From assembly GCA_965205855.1 (NCBI GenBank), contig OZ242184.1:1184001-1248000 (forward strand): 64,000 bases of DNA, written 5' to 3'. Made by a program: the position numbers and the translations under genes. This document shows, in pieces, positions 18,553 through 27,841 of this stretch. How positions within the stretch are numbered: the stretch's first letter is position 1; each line of letters begins with the position of its first letter. The stretch comes from Thermodesulfobacteriota bacterium (GTDB lineage Bacteria; Desulfobacterota_D; UBA1144; Nemesobacterales; Mycalebacteriaceae). The notes below the pieces were generated by a model that did no database searches, was not told where the DNA came from, and saw nothing but the letters and a program-made list of their open reading frames with translations.

Positions 18553-18786
18553 ATGGCAAAACTTATCGGGAATGTCATAGGAAACTATATTGACATCCTT
18601 TTAAACACAATACCGCAAATGATCTCGGACACAACCGCGGTGAAAAAACTGAGCCTCTATCTTGTGGTCGCCGTGTTGTATCCGCTGGCGCTTGTAGTTC
18701 TTATCGGACTTGTAGCGGTGGCTTTTGTAGCCGTCTCAGCCATTCATCCGTTTGTTACGGTGGATAAAAACTCTCCCGCCCCATGA
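18553..18786 (+). CDS. Small hypothetical membrane protein heading the uppS operon
   Basis: One long hydrophobic segment; TTGTAC-17-TAGAAT ends 9 nt before the ATG; ATGA overlap with uppS. Confidence 0.55.
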   Translation: MAKLIGNVIGNYIDILLNTIPQMISDTTAVKKLSLYLVVAVLYPLALVVLIGLVAVAFVAVSAIHPFVTVDKNSPAP

Positions 18787-19520
18787 GCAGCCGTAACTCT
18801 ATTCCCCGTCACGTCGCCTTGATAATGGACGGCAACGGAAGATGGGCGCGCATGAAAAATATGCGGAGAATAGAAGGGCATCTCGCCGGAATGAAATCCG
18901 TGGGCGCGGTCGTGTCGGCGGCGCTGGAGATCGGCATAAAACACCTCAGCCTCTACGCTTTTTCCCTGCAAAACTGGGGACGTCCCAAAACAGAGGTGGC
19001 CGGGCTGATGAGTCTGCTCAGGGAATATCTGGAATCCGAAAGCGACAATCTTGTAAAAAAAGGCATCCGTCTGAACCCTATAGGGAACCTTGACAAACTT
19101 CCGCCGGATGCGGGAAAAGCTCTTGGCGAGACGGCAAAAAAAACAAAAGGCGGCAAAAACCTGACCCTGACTCTTGCTCTCAGTTACGGCGCAAGAGAGG
19201 AAATTGTGGACGCGGTCAAAAAGATAGTCATCTCCGGAATCGCCCCCGGACGTATAACGGAAAAAACCGTTGAGGCGAACCTGCACACCGCCGGACTCCC
19301 CGAACCGGACCTGCTCGTAAGGACGGGCGGGGAAATGAGACTGTCAAACTTCTTCCTGTGGCAATCCGCATATACGGAGATATATGTTACAAAAACCCTC
19401 TGGCCCGATTTCAGAAAAAGCCATCTCAAAAAAGCGGTTAAGACCTATATGAACCGCGAGCGAAGATTCGGACTGACAAAACCCTCGCGCGAAAAGGGGC
19501 GGAAGAGGCGCGGGAGTTGA
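18783..19520 (+). CDS. uppS: Undecaprenyl diphosphate synthase
   Basis: HVALIMDGNGRWA, YAFSLQNWGRP, RTGGEMRLSNF, RERRFG. Confidence 0.96.
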   Translation: MSSRNSIPRHVALIMDGNGRWARMKNMRRIEGHLAGMKSVGAVVSAALEIGIKHLSLYAFSLQNWGRPKTEVAGLMSLLREYLESESDNLVKKGIRLNPIGNLDKLPPDAGKALGETAKKTKGGKNLTLTLALSYGAREEIVDAVKKIVISGIAPGRITEKTVEANLHTAGLPEPDLLVRTGGEMRLSNFFLWQSAYTEIYVTKTLWPDFRKSHLKKAVKTYMNRERRFGLTKPSREKGRKRRGS

Positions 19521-19718
19521 AAAAAATCTCCATTCTCGGCTCAACCGGCTCAATAGGCCGGCAGGCTCTTGAAGTAATAGGCCGGTTTCCGGACAGATTT
19601 GCCGTGTCATCCCTCTGCGCGGATTCAAGAACGGACATACTGAAAGAGCAGATAGAAAAATTTTCCCCCTCGGCTGTCTGTGTGAGTAGCGAAGAAAAGG
19701 CGCGGGAGTTGAAAAAAA
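19506..19718 (+). repeat. 21-bp exact direct repeat AGGCGCGGGAGTTGAAAAAAA (19506-19526 and 19698-19718)
   Basis: Read directly; copies are 192 bp apart, in frame. Confidence 0.85.
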
Positions 19719-20665
19719 CTGCCGGTAATGCAACGGAGATACTTTCCGGAAAAGACGGGTTTTGTAAACTCGCCGCGGACGAATCGCAAACAGTCGTTTC
19801 CGCGATGGTCGGATGTGCGGGGCTTGAACCGACGCTTGCCGCCATACGACGCGGCAAAAGAGTGGCGCTCGCGAACAAGGAAATTATAGTAGCCGCCGGA
19901 CCGGTTGTTATGGATGAAGCCCGCAGGCACGGCGCGGAAATAATTCCGGTTGACAGTGAACACAGCGCCATTTTTCAGTCAATAAAGGCGGGCGGAGAGA
20001 TCAGGAGGCTTATCATAACGGCATCGGGCGGCCCCTTTAGAAACTTTTCCGAAAAAGCGCTCGCGAAGGTTACGGCGCGCGAGGCTCTGGAGCATCCGAC
20101 ATGGAAAATGGGAAACAAAGTGACCATAGATTCCGCCACAATGATGAACAAGGCGTTTGAGGTCATTGAGGCAAGATGGCTGTTTGGTATTCCACGCGAA
20201 AAAATATCCGTCTGGTTTCACCCGCAGAGCGTATTTCATTCAATTGTGGAGTTTACGGATGGAGCAGCTGTCTGCCAGATGAGTGAGCCGGATATGCGGG
20301 TGCCGATAGCGTATGCGCTTTCCTATCCGGAGCGGCTTACGCTTGAAAGCGAACGGTTGAGGCCGGAGAGACTTTCCCAATCCTCTTTTGAGGAGGCAAG
20401 CACAGACAAAACCACGCCACTTGCGCTCGCGCATGCCGCGCTTGAAAGCGGCGGAACAATGCCGGCCATTATGAATGCGGCAAACGAGGAGGCTGTGAGG
20501 CTTTTTCTCGACAACCGTATAAACTTCACCGACATAGTAAAGACCGTGAAAACAGTCATGGACGCGCATATCTCCGGGCACGCACGGTCGGTTGAGGAAA
20601 TACTTCTCGCGGATATGCGAGCGAGAGAGGAGACACGCGCGATAATCGCGGAAAGGAAAAAATGA
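19517..20665 (+). CDS. dxr: 1-deoxy-D-xylulose 5-phosphate reductoisomerase
   Basis: LGSTGSIG, LANKE, PVDSEHSAI, HPTWKMG.K.TIDSATMMNK. Confidence 0.97.
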   Translation: MKKISILGSTGSIGRQALEVIGRFPDRFAVSSLCADSRTDILKEQIEKFSPSAVCVSSEEKARELKKTAGNATEILSGKDGFCKLAADESQTVVSAMVGCAGLEPTLAAIRRGKRVALANKEIIVAAGPVVMDEARRHGAEIIPVDSEHSAIFQSIKAGGEIRRLIITASGGPFRNFSEKALAKVTAREALEHPTWKMGNKVTIDSATMMNKAFEVIEARWLFGIPREKISVWFHPQSVFHSIVEFTDGAAVCQMSEPDMRVPIAYALSYPERLTLESERLRPERLSQSSFEEASTDKTTPLALAHAALESGGTMPAIMNAANEEAVRLFLDNRINFTDIVKTVKTVMDAHISGHARSVEEILLADMRAREETRAIIAERKK

Positions 20666-22227
20666 GCTCAATTACGGCATTTCTTTTTATCATAGGGTTG
20701 CTCGTGTTTGTTCATGAACTCGGGCATTTTCTTGTCGCCAAGTGGTGTGGCGTGAGGGTTGAAAAATTCTCCCTGGGCTTCGGTCCGACGCTTTTGAGTT
20801 TCACGCGGGGCGAAACAGAATACAAAATATGCGCGTTGCCATTCGGAGGCTATGTGAAGATGTCAGGAGAAGGCGAAGAGCCACACATCCTTGTTGAGAA
20901 CATCGGAAAAGCAGAGAAAACGCCCTTTGAAAAAGGAGACCGCATAATCTCCATTGAGGGAACGGAAATAATGCCGGAGTCATGCTGGAGGGAAATCATA
21001 GGCTCTTTGCGCGGGCTTGAGGGCTCAAGAGAAGTGGTTGTTGAAAGACGTAACTCCAAGGTTGTCCTGAAAGCGGGATACCCGGAAATGGAACCGCTTG
21101 AAGCTTATTCTGAAAGCGAATATCCGCGTTCGTATTCCCAAAAAAGCGTTTTGCGCAGACTTTCAATCGTAACCGCCGGTCCGTTAATGAACTTCATCCT
21201 GCCGTTTGTTCTCCTGCCGGTCGCTTTGATGGCGGGGATTTATGTGCCTTCCTATACGGAGTCGGAGCCGTTTGTGCGCCGGGTTGAGAACGGAGGCGGA
21301 AAAAGTGCGATTCGCAAAGGAGACAAAATAGTTTCCATAGACGGCAAAAGGGTGAAAAAATGGACTGATGTGTCCTCGGCCCTAAAGGCGGCGGATGAGA
21401 CTGTTGAAGTTGAAATTGAAAGACCGGACGGGCGTGTGCTGGTTAAATCCCCGAAAAAAAACCTCGCGCCCGGACTCATCGCAGAAGAGCGCGTTGCGGT
21501 AGTCGGTTCGGTTGCGCCCGGCTCTCCGGCTTACAGGGCGGGCATTAAACCCAGAGACAGAATAGTCTCCATCGGGAATGAAAAAATATCCGGCTGGGAT
21601 GATATGGCACGCGTGATAATGCGAAGCGAGGGAAGGAAGCTTGATTTGAAACTGGAGAGAGAAGGTAAAATCGTTTTGGTATCAGCGGTTCCAGTTCTGT
21701 CTCCGGAAACCGGAATGGGGATTATCGGCATAACGATGAAAAGAGAGGAAACTTTCAGGAAATTTGGGGTTGTCGAATCGGTCGTCATGGGGTTCAAACG
21801 CGCCGCTTCAATGCTTGCGGAAATTGTGTCCCTTTTCTTCGGGTTTCTGTTTTCCCTGATTGGCGGCGAAATCTCTCTCGGACAGGCTGGGAAAAGCGTC
21901 GCGGGGCCTCTGTTTATAGCCAAGATGTCCGGCGCGATGGCACAAAAGGGAATTGCAAGCCTGCTGATATTCGCTTCTTTTATAAGCGTGAACCTCGGTC
22001 TTGTAAATCTTCTGCCCATACCGATCCTTGACGGCGGGCATGTGGTCTATCTCTCAATTGAAGCGGCAAGGAGAAAACCGCTTGCGCGCGCGACGCTTGA
22101 AATAACTCAAAAAATGGGATTCTCTTTGCTTATAGCGATAATGCTGATTGCAACATACAACGATGTGTTAAACCTCTGGGAAGAGATAACGAGTTGGGTG
22201 AAAAATCTCGGCGGATTAATAGGATGA
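20662..22227 (+). CDS. rseP: Site-2 protease RseP with PDZ domains
   Basis: HELGH, GYVKM, AGPLMNF, NLLPIPILDGG, PDZ GD.I.SI motifs. Confidence 0.93.
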   Translation: MSSITAFLFIIGLLVFVHELGHFLVAKWCGVRVEKFSLGFGPTLLSFTRGETEYKICALPFGGYVKMSGEGEEPHILVENIGKAEKTPFEKGDRIISIEGTEIMPESCWREIIGSLRGLEGSREVVVERRNSKVVLKAGYPEMEPLEAYSESEYPRSYSQKSVLRRLSIVTAGPLMNFILPFVLLPVALMAGIYVPSYTESEPFVRRVENGGGKSAIRKGDKIVSIDGKRVKKWTDVSSALKAADETVEVEIERPDGRVLVKSPKKNLAPGLIAEERVAVVGSVAPGSPAYRAGIKPRDRIVSIGNEKISGWDDMARVIMRSEGRKLDLKLEREGKIVLVSAVPVLSPETGMGIIGITMKREETFRKFGVVESVVMGFKRAASMLAEIVSLFFGFLFSLIGGEISLGQAGKSVAGPLFIAKMSGAMAQKGIASLLIFASFISVNLGLVNLLPIPILDGGHVVYLSIEAARRKPLARATLEITQKMGFSLLIAIMLIATYNDVLNLWEEITSWVKNLGGLIG

Positions 22228-22655
22228 CCGGAAAAATATCAGACAAAAAAGAAATTCTCAAGGTCAACGAGGGCTTCTATGCGGCGCTCGCCACAAGAGA
22301 TATTGACGCAATGAAAAAAGTGTGGCTGGAAACCGAAAAAGCCGGATGTGTACACCCCGGATGGGTGATAGTAAAAAACTGGGAAACCATAATGCAGAGT
22401 TGGAAAAGCATATTTGACCCTGAAGATCAGGTTGATATAAAACTGTCCGATATGTCGCTTGAAATAAGCGGCGATATGGCATGGGTAAGTTGCATACAGG
22501 AAATGGTCTACATAAAAAGAGACCCGGTAACCTTCAATATCTCGCAGTCAACAAATGTTTTCAAAAAAGACTCCAGACGTTGGGTGATGCTGATTCATCA
22601 TGCCTCGCCGATAATCGTAAGCAGTTACAAACCCGAAATGCCGAACCTGCAGTAG
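22224..22655 (+). CDS. NTF2/SnoaL-like protein
   Basis: N..FY.A...D..AM..VW, CVHPGW, TNVF, HHAS; ATGA overlap with rseP. Confidence 0.85.
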   Translation: MTGKISDKKEILKVNEGFYAALATRDIDAMKKVWLETEKAGCVHPGWVIVKNWETIMQSWKSIFDPEDQVDIKLSDMSLEISGDMAWVSCIQEMVYIKRDPVTFNISQSTNVFKKDSRRWVMLIHHASPIIVSSYKPEMPNLQ

Positions 22656-22770
22656 TCACGCGTTTGCGGCGGAACCGGCAAAATATACGTCCCGTATAAT
22701 GCGGAAACGGGGAGATTTGTGTATAATAACTTTTTGCGTCTGGTAAAAACCACCGGGCGCCGGAGGAACA

Positions 22771-23631
22771 ATGAGCGAAAAAGAAACTTATGTTTACGAG
22801 CCTTTTGCCGAGACAGACGAATACAAACAGGTAAACGACGAGATAATAGGAGAGTGGGTCAGCACAATGATAGAGCGCGGCACGGAGCGCGTGGACAGGG
22901 TAATGGATATCGCCACCGGTGTCGGGACAATGGTTCAGCTTTTCGTCTCAAAGCTCCCCAAGCAATTCAACTACTCCGAGATAGTGTGTCTTGACCAGTC
23001 CGCAGAAGCGCTCAAAAGGGCGGCAGAAAAGCTTGAAAACACAGTGTCAAAGATAAGCCTTGTGGAAGCGAAGGTTCAAGACGCGAAGATTAAGAAAGGC
23101 TCCGTGGATATTGTCATCTGGGGCAACGGCATACACTACCTGAGTCCAGAAGAGCAGAATGAAAGTCTCGTGAACATCAGGCGCGGCATGAAGGACGGAG
23201 GCTGGCTTTTCTTCAATACGGCCTTCTACGAGGAGTCAAGACCGCAGGACACACTTTCCTTCTACCGCACACAGGTCAAAAACGCGGTTAAGAGTTTGCG
23301 CGCACGCGGAATAAGGAGGGAAAAAGAGCACTCAAGGGCGGAAGCGGCAAACTTCCATCCGAGAGACCACTACGAAAACCTTGTTCTGTCCGCGGGTTTC
23401 AAACTTGTGGAAGCCAAAGAGTATGGGGCGAATTTGAGCAAAGAGGCATGGGAATATATCAGTGCCTTCCAGCAATATGCGTCCGGCGCGCTTGGCGGCT
23501 ACCCAATTGAGGAAGCGTCAATAGCAATGAGAGACGCTGTCACTCCGGCGATACTTGAGCACGGCAACGACAACGGAGACGGAAAATTTTTCGTGACAAG
23601 AAACTGGCTTTCCATCTGCGCCCGCGCCTGA
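22771..23631 (+). CDS. Class I SAM-dependent methyltransferase
   Basis: VMDIATGVG motif I, LDQS, GNGIHYL, MKDGGWL; GGAGG RBS. Confidence 0.8.
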   Translation: MSEKETYVYEPFAETDEYKQVNDEIIGEWVSTMIERGTERVDRVMDIATGVGTMVQLFVSKLPKQFNYSEIVCLDQSAEALKRAAEKLENTVSKISLVEAKVQDAKIKKGSVDIVIWGNGIHYLSPEEQNESLVNIRRGMKDGGWLFFNTAFYEESRPQDTLSFYRTQVKNAVKSLRARGIRREKEHSRAEAANFHPRDHYENLVLSAGFKLVEAKEYGANLSKEAWEYISAFQQYASGALGGYPIEEASIAMRDAVTPAILEHGNDNGDGKFFVTRNWLSICARA

Positions 23632-23642
23632 TTCCGTCCGAT

Positions 23643-24167
23643 CTATTTTATTTTCAGAGATACACCCGCAACAAGCAGGTAAGCCTCGTTGCTTGAGGAA
23701 ACAATCCTCTTGTTCAGCGTGGCGAGACCGGCCATATGAGAGCGGGTTTGTCTTCCGGACGGCACAACCCCCATTCCGGTTTCATTGGTTACGACTATCA
23801 GAAGACCGCTGAATTTTTCAAACTGCGCGGCGAATTGCTCTGTCATCTCACGAACCTGAGAGTCCTCCCTTTCAACAAACAGGTTGCACAGCCAGACAGT
23901 CAGGCAGTCCACAACCGCACAGCATTGCGGATTGCCAGAAAACTCCGCAAGTGCTTCCGCGAGACGGAGTGGCTCCTCAACCGTTGTGAAATCGTCTCCC
24001 CGCTCCAGTTTGTGGATTCTTATTTTCTCTTTCATTTCATCGTCAAAAGGGGTTGCCGTGGCGATAAAAACCCTTTCGGGAAATTCCGACCGCGAACGGG
24101 CTATTTCAAGGGCGCGCGCGCTTTTGCCGCCGCCAGTTCCGCCTATCAGAACTATCTTTTCGCCCAA
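23643..24167 (-). CDS. cobU: Adenosylcobinamide kinase / cobinamide-phosphate guanylyltransferase
   Basis: GG..GGKS, ATA..D.EM..I..H, EEP, DCLTVW, TNETGMGVVP. Confidence 0.93.
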   Translation of the reverse strand: MGEKIVLIGGTGGGKSARALEIARSRSEFPERVFIATATPFDDEMKEKIRIHKLERGDDFTTVEEPLRLAEALAEFSGNPQCCAVVDCLTVWLCNLFVEREDSQVREMTEQFAAQFEKFSGLLIVVTNETGMGVVPSGRQTRSHMAGLATLNKRIVSSSNEAYLLVAGVSLKIK

Positions 24168-24907
24168 TTTTCAATCTCCTTCTCCACTATCTCTTTTGAT
24201 TTGAAAAATTCCCGCTCACCAAACATCTCAATTGTCAGAACCCCGTCGTATCCGTCCGAAAGAAAAGTGTCGGTAACATCGGATACAAAACCGAGCGGCG
24301 CATCCTGAAACCCTTTATGCCTGCCAGAACCTCGGTCATGAAGATAGAAATGAACAACCCGGGTTCTATCAGCGAATCCGCGGTATATGTCCTTCCAGCT
24401 ATCGCCCGCCCTGTAAGCGTGTCCGATATCCAGACACAGAAGCGCGCGGGATTGCTCAAAAACCGGCACAAGTTTTTCAAAAGGGTACTCAAGGTTTTCC
24501 ACAAAAAGTTCTCCATCGCATTTGCGGCAGATATCCCGCGCGGAACGAACCGCAGTCTCAGTCCATCCCTCGCCTCCCGTTTCGCCACCCGGAAGGTGCA
24601 GAACAAATCCGCGCGAGCTCAGCGGAGCTGTCAAATCCGTTATCTCGTCCATCCTGTCAAGCGAAAAATTTCTAAAAGATTTGTCCGGCGAACACACATC
24701 AATATCAACCGGAAGATGAACCGTGTAAGAAAAACCGCTCCGTGAAGACAGCTCAAGCAGGCAGCTTACCTCCGCACGAGTTGGCAGAACCTCTCTGTCT
24801 GCGCCCTCAAATATCAGCAGTTCAATGTCGTCAACAAGCCCGGCGAGTTTCCTTACATTTGAAACCATGTCCGCGGGATAGACATATGAGGTACAGCCCA
24901 GTTTCAA
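24152..24907 (-). CDS. cbiR: Cobamide-remodelling phosphodiesterase CbiR-like (AP endonuclease 2 / xylose isomerase TIM barrel)
   Basis: LGCTSYVYPAD, DDIELL.FE, VHLP, LH, VENL, LDIGH, H, IE metal ligands; lies between cobS and cobU; TTG start overlaps the cobS stop. Confidence 0.75.
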   Translation of the reverse strand: MKLGCTSYVYPADMVSNVRKLAGLVDDIELLIFEGADREVLPTRAEVSCLLELSSRSGFSYTVHLPVDIDVCSPDKSFRNFSLDRMDEITDLTAPLSSRGFVLHLPGGETGGEGWTETAVRSARDICRKCDGELFVENLEYPFEKLVPVFEQSRALLCLDIGHAYRAGDSWKDIYRGFADRTRVVHFYLHDRGSGRHKGFQDAPLGFVSDVTDTFLSDGYDGVLTIEMFGEREFFKSKEIVEKEIENWAKR

Positions 24908-25671
24908 AGCAATCTGCCAGCGACGACAAAGCCCGCGACCTCGCATATCTCAATCACCGCACCGTGAACATCCCCGTTCGCCTCCCCGAAGGCGGATTTA
25001 AAAAACCTTACGAGAAAAAACGCCGTGACGGACACGACAAGAGCAATTCCGATGCCCCCGAATCCGCAAAGCAGAAACGTTATGAGGAAGGCCAAGGCCG
25101 CCGCGCGCGCGGCAATGCCCAGCGCTTCCCGCTCGCCGCCGAAGTTGAACATCGCTCCGAGGCCGCCGCTGTGGGAAACGCGTTGCGAAAAATACGACAC
25201 AATGACCGAACCTAAACGCGCCGCGGCGGGAACGGCGACAACGGCGGAGAGCATATGGTCGGGCGAAACCGAACCGAGCGCCACGATTTTGGCGACAATC
25301 ACAAATGCAACCGCGGCGGCACCGAAACCGCCGAGAGATTCGTCCTTCATAACGGCAAGCGCTTTCTCCCTGTTTCCGAAGTAATGCAGGGCGTCAAAAC
25401 AGTCTCCGACTCCGTCCAGATGCAGTCCGCGGGTTACAACGGCAAGGGCCGCGACCGCGAAAACGGCGCGGACGAAATCCGAACCAGCAAACGGGGTCAG
25501 AACTGTCATTGCCGCCGCGGCAACCGCTCCCGCAACAAGACCCGCAACCGGAAAAAACGGCAAAGCCGCAACCGCGCTCTCACGAGTCAAATCGCAAGGC
25601 GAACCCTCCAGCTTGAATATGGTTAAAAAGCGAACGGCGATTCCGGCGCCTTTGATATCGTAGCCTCTCAT
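24904..25671 (-). CDS. cobS: Adenosylcobinamide-GDP ribazoletransferase (cobalamin synthase)
   Basis: FLT, FPVAG, TRGLHLDGVGDCFD, MKD, NGDVHGA..E; multiple TM segments. Confidence 0.93.
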   Translation of the reverse strand: MRGYDIKGAGIAVRFLTIFKLEGSPCDLTRESAVAALPFFPVAGLVAGAVAAAAMTVLTPFAGSDFVRAVFAVAALAVVTRGLHLDGVGDCFDALHYFGNREKALAVMKDESLGGFGAAAVAFVIVAKIVALGSVSPDHMLSAVVAVPAAARLGSVIVSYFSQRVSHSGGLGAMFNFGGEREALGIAARAAALAFLITFLLCGFGGIGIALVVSVTAFFLVRFFKSAFGEANGDVHGAVIEICEVAGFVVAGRLL

Positions 25672-25736
25672 TAGGAAAAAGGATAACACAAAAAAAACGG
25701 GAGGGTGAAAATCGCGCCGCAGACCGCAGACTGTTA

Positions 25737-26798
25737 TCAAACGGAAGAGCGCACGACTTTGCCGCTGTCAAAGGTCGCCATTCCATTGAAAAGGTCTGTG
25801 GCGGCCTCAATCACACCCATCATCATAAGCGCTCCCGTGCCTTCGCCAAGACACATCTCGAAATCCATAGGCGCTTTCGCGCCGAGAAATTCAAGTGTTT
25901 TTGCATGCCCCCTCTCGGCGCTTTTGTGCGAGAAAAACAGATATTCTCTCACGGCGGGAGCCATGGAAACCGCGAGGCATATCGCCGCGGTCGTTATAAA
26001 TCCGTCCACGACAACCGGAATCCTTCGCGCGGCAAGCCCCATCGCCATTCCAGCCATTGCTCCGATTTCAAATCCGCCGACCTTTGCGAGTATCTCAATT
26101 GCCGCACCGCCGCCCTGCGGAAAATGTTTTTTGAGCGCATCGCCGACAATACGGGTTTTTCTCCTCACCCCTTCGGAGCCAAGCCCCGTGCCCGCGCCGA
26201 CAATATCCTCCGGACGCGCACCGTAAAAGGCGCATACGACCGCGGCCGCGGAAGCAGTGTTCGCTATTCCCATATCACCCGAAGCCACAAGTTCATAACC
26301 TTTGTCCGCGAGGTCAAAAGCCGTTTCAATGCCACCCTCAACGCTGAGTACGGCCTGCTCTCTGGTCATCGCCGCGCCTTTTGCGAAGTTCCGAGTTCCA
26401 TTTGACACCTTTTTTGAAATCACCCCGATTTCGGGTGAGAAAGCAAAATCAACCCCCATATCAACCACAAAAACATCCGCTCCGACGCGGCGAGAGAGAA
26501 CATTGACCGCAGCTCCACCATCAAGAAAGTTGAGAACCATCTGCCATGTAACTTCTTTCGGAAAGAGGCTCACACCCTCGTCGGCAATCCCGTGGTCGGA
26601 GGCGAAAACGACAACCGCTTTTTTTCCGACTTGCGGACGGGACCTACCGGAAATCGCCGCAATCCTTGCGGCCGTGTCCTCGAGAATTCCGAGACTCCCC
26701 CGCGGTTTGAGAAGCGAATCACATCGCGCCATCGCCGCCTCGTGGACCGCGCGGTCGGGAGGCGAAATTGAGGAAACCGTATTTTCAATAAGATTCAT
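25737..26798 (-). CDS. cobT: Nicotinate-nucleotide--dimethylbenzimidazole phosphoribosyltransferase
   Basis: KPRGSLG.LE, DHG, GGAAVN, GDMGIANT, VGAGTG, GGFEI, LGEGTGA. Confidence 0.95.
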   Translation of the reverse strand: MNLIENTVSSISPPDRAVHEAAMARCDSLLKPRGSLGILEDTAARIAAISGRSRPQVGKKAVVVFASDHGIADEGVSLFPKEVTWQMVLNFLDGGAAVNVLSRRVGADVFVVDMGVDFAFSPEIGVISKKVSNGTRNFAKGAAMTREQAVLSVEGGIETAFDLADKGYELVASGDMGIANTASAAAVVCAFYGARPEDIVGAGTGLGSEGVRRKTRIVGDALKKHFPQGGGAAIEILAKVGGFEIGAMAGMAMGLAARRIPVVVDGFITTAAICLAVSMAPAVREYLFFSHKSAERGHAKTLEFLGAKAPMDFEMCLGEGTGALMMMGVIEAATDLFNGMATFDSGKVVRSSV

Positions 26799-26817
26799 GA
26801 ATATGGAAAAGGAGCCC

Positions 26818-27717
26818 TTAAACGCTTTTTCTGGAACGTGAACTCAGAACGGCCGAAGAGACTTTTACCGCCGCGAAACAGATGGCGATGCCAACAAGCG
26901 CCTGAGGCAGGAAAGACTCGTATGTGGGATAGATACCGAGAATGCCCAGAGGGGGAACAAAGCCCGCCACGGTCTCGGAAATGACGCCGGCTTCCTGAAG
27001 CTCGTGTACTCCCTTGCCTACAAGGGTGAAACTCAGCAAATACAGCGCGAGCCCGGTGATTGAAAACAGGTGTTTAATGGGCAGGCGCATGGAGAATTTG
27101 AATATGGCAAGAGACAGAACACCAACAACGGCGATACCGACCGCGAGACCCCAGAGCACCAGCCGTGTTGACGCTTCGGCCTGAAACAAAAGCGCCTGAT
27201 AGAAAAGCACCGTCTCAAGAGCTTCGCGGTAAACGGCAAGAAACGCCACGGAGGTTATCGCTATCATGCTTCCCGCTCCGGTCGCCTTGCGTATTTTGGA
27301 ATCTATATACTGCTTCCATTTCCCCACTTCTATTTTTGAAATAAGCCAGTAACTGACATAAAAAAGCACCGCCGCCGCAAGAAGCGACGTTATCCCCTCT
27401 ATCATCTCCGCCTGAGCGCCGGAAATTTTTATCACCGTAACGCTTGCCCACCAGGTCGCAAAGCCCGCGACAATCGCCCCCGTCCATCCGAAGTGCACAA
27501 ATTTTACCGCGTCTCTTTCCTCCATTGAGTAAAGGGCCGCAATCATCGCGGAAATTATAAGAACCGCTTCAAGTGATTCGCGCACGATAATTGAAAATGA
27601 ATTTATAAAAGCCATTGCTCCAATTGCCGCCACGGGTGGAACAGAATCGGCAAAAGCGGACGCGGGAAAAGCGGCTAAAACGGCCGCGGACAGGCATACG
27701 ATTCTCTTCAAACTCAT
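26818..27717 (-). CDS. FTR1/EfeU family metal permease
   Basis: Two RExLE motifs (RESLE, REALE), about 7 TM segments, GVHELQEAG, GIYPT. Confidence 0.88.
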   Translation of the reverse strand: MSLKRIVCLSAAVLAAFPASAFADSVPPVAAIGAMAFINSFSIIVRESLEAVLIISAMIAALYSMEERDAVKFVHFGWTGAIVAGFATWWASVTVIKISGAQAEMIEGITSLLAAAVLFYVSYWLISKIEVGKWKQYIDSKIRKATGAGSMIAITSVAFLAVYREALETVLFYQALLFQAEASTRLVLWGLAVGIAVVGVLSLAIFKFSMRLPIKHLFSITGLALYLLSFTLVGKGVHELQEAGVISETVAGFVPPLGILGIYPTYESFLPQALVGIAICFAAVKVSSAVLSSRSRKSV

Positions 27718-27752
27718 TTGGTTCTCCTCTGCTTGTGGCTTTTAGAAGCCAA

Positions 27753-27795
27753 AGTATATATTCAAGACCTATGATGTCAAGAATGATTTTCCATG
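27753..27795 (-). promoter_or_regulatory. Promoter TTGACA-16-TATACT with a weak Fur-box-like sequence overlapping the -35
   Basis: Hexamers at 27775-27780 and 27753-27758; GGAAAATCATTCTTG partly matches TGATAATnATTATCA. Confidence 0.5.
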
Positions 27796-27841
27796 CCCGT
27801 TTTTTGTAAAAAAAACCCGTTGTAATGTATGTTTAACCTCT

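Noticed and set aside
27718-27841. Cobalamin riboswitch upstream of the cob or mut genes
   Set aside because: The region is only 124 bp, AT-rich and filled by promoter elements; no B12-box motif was seen.
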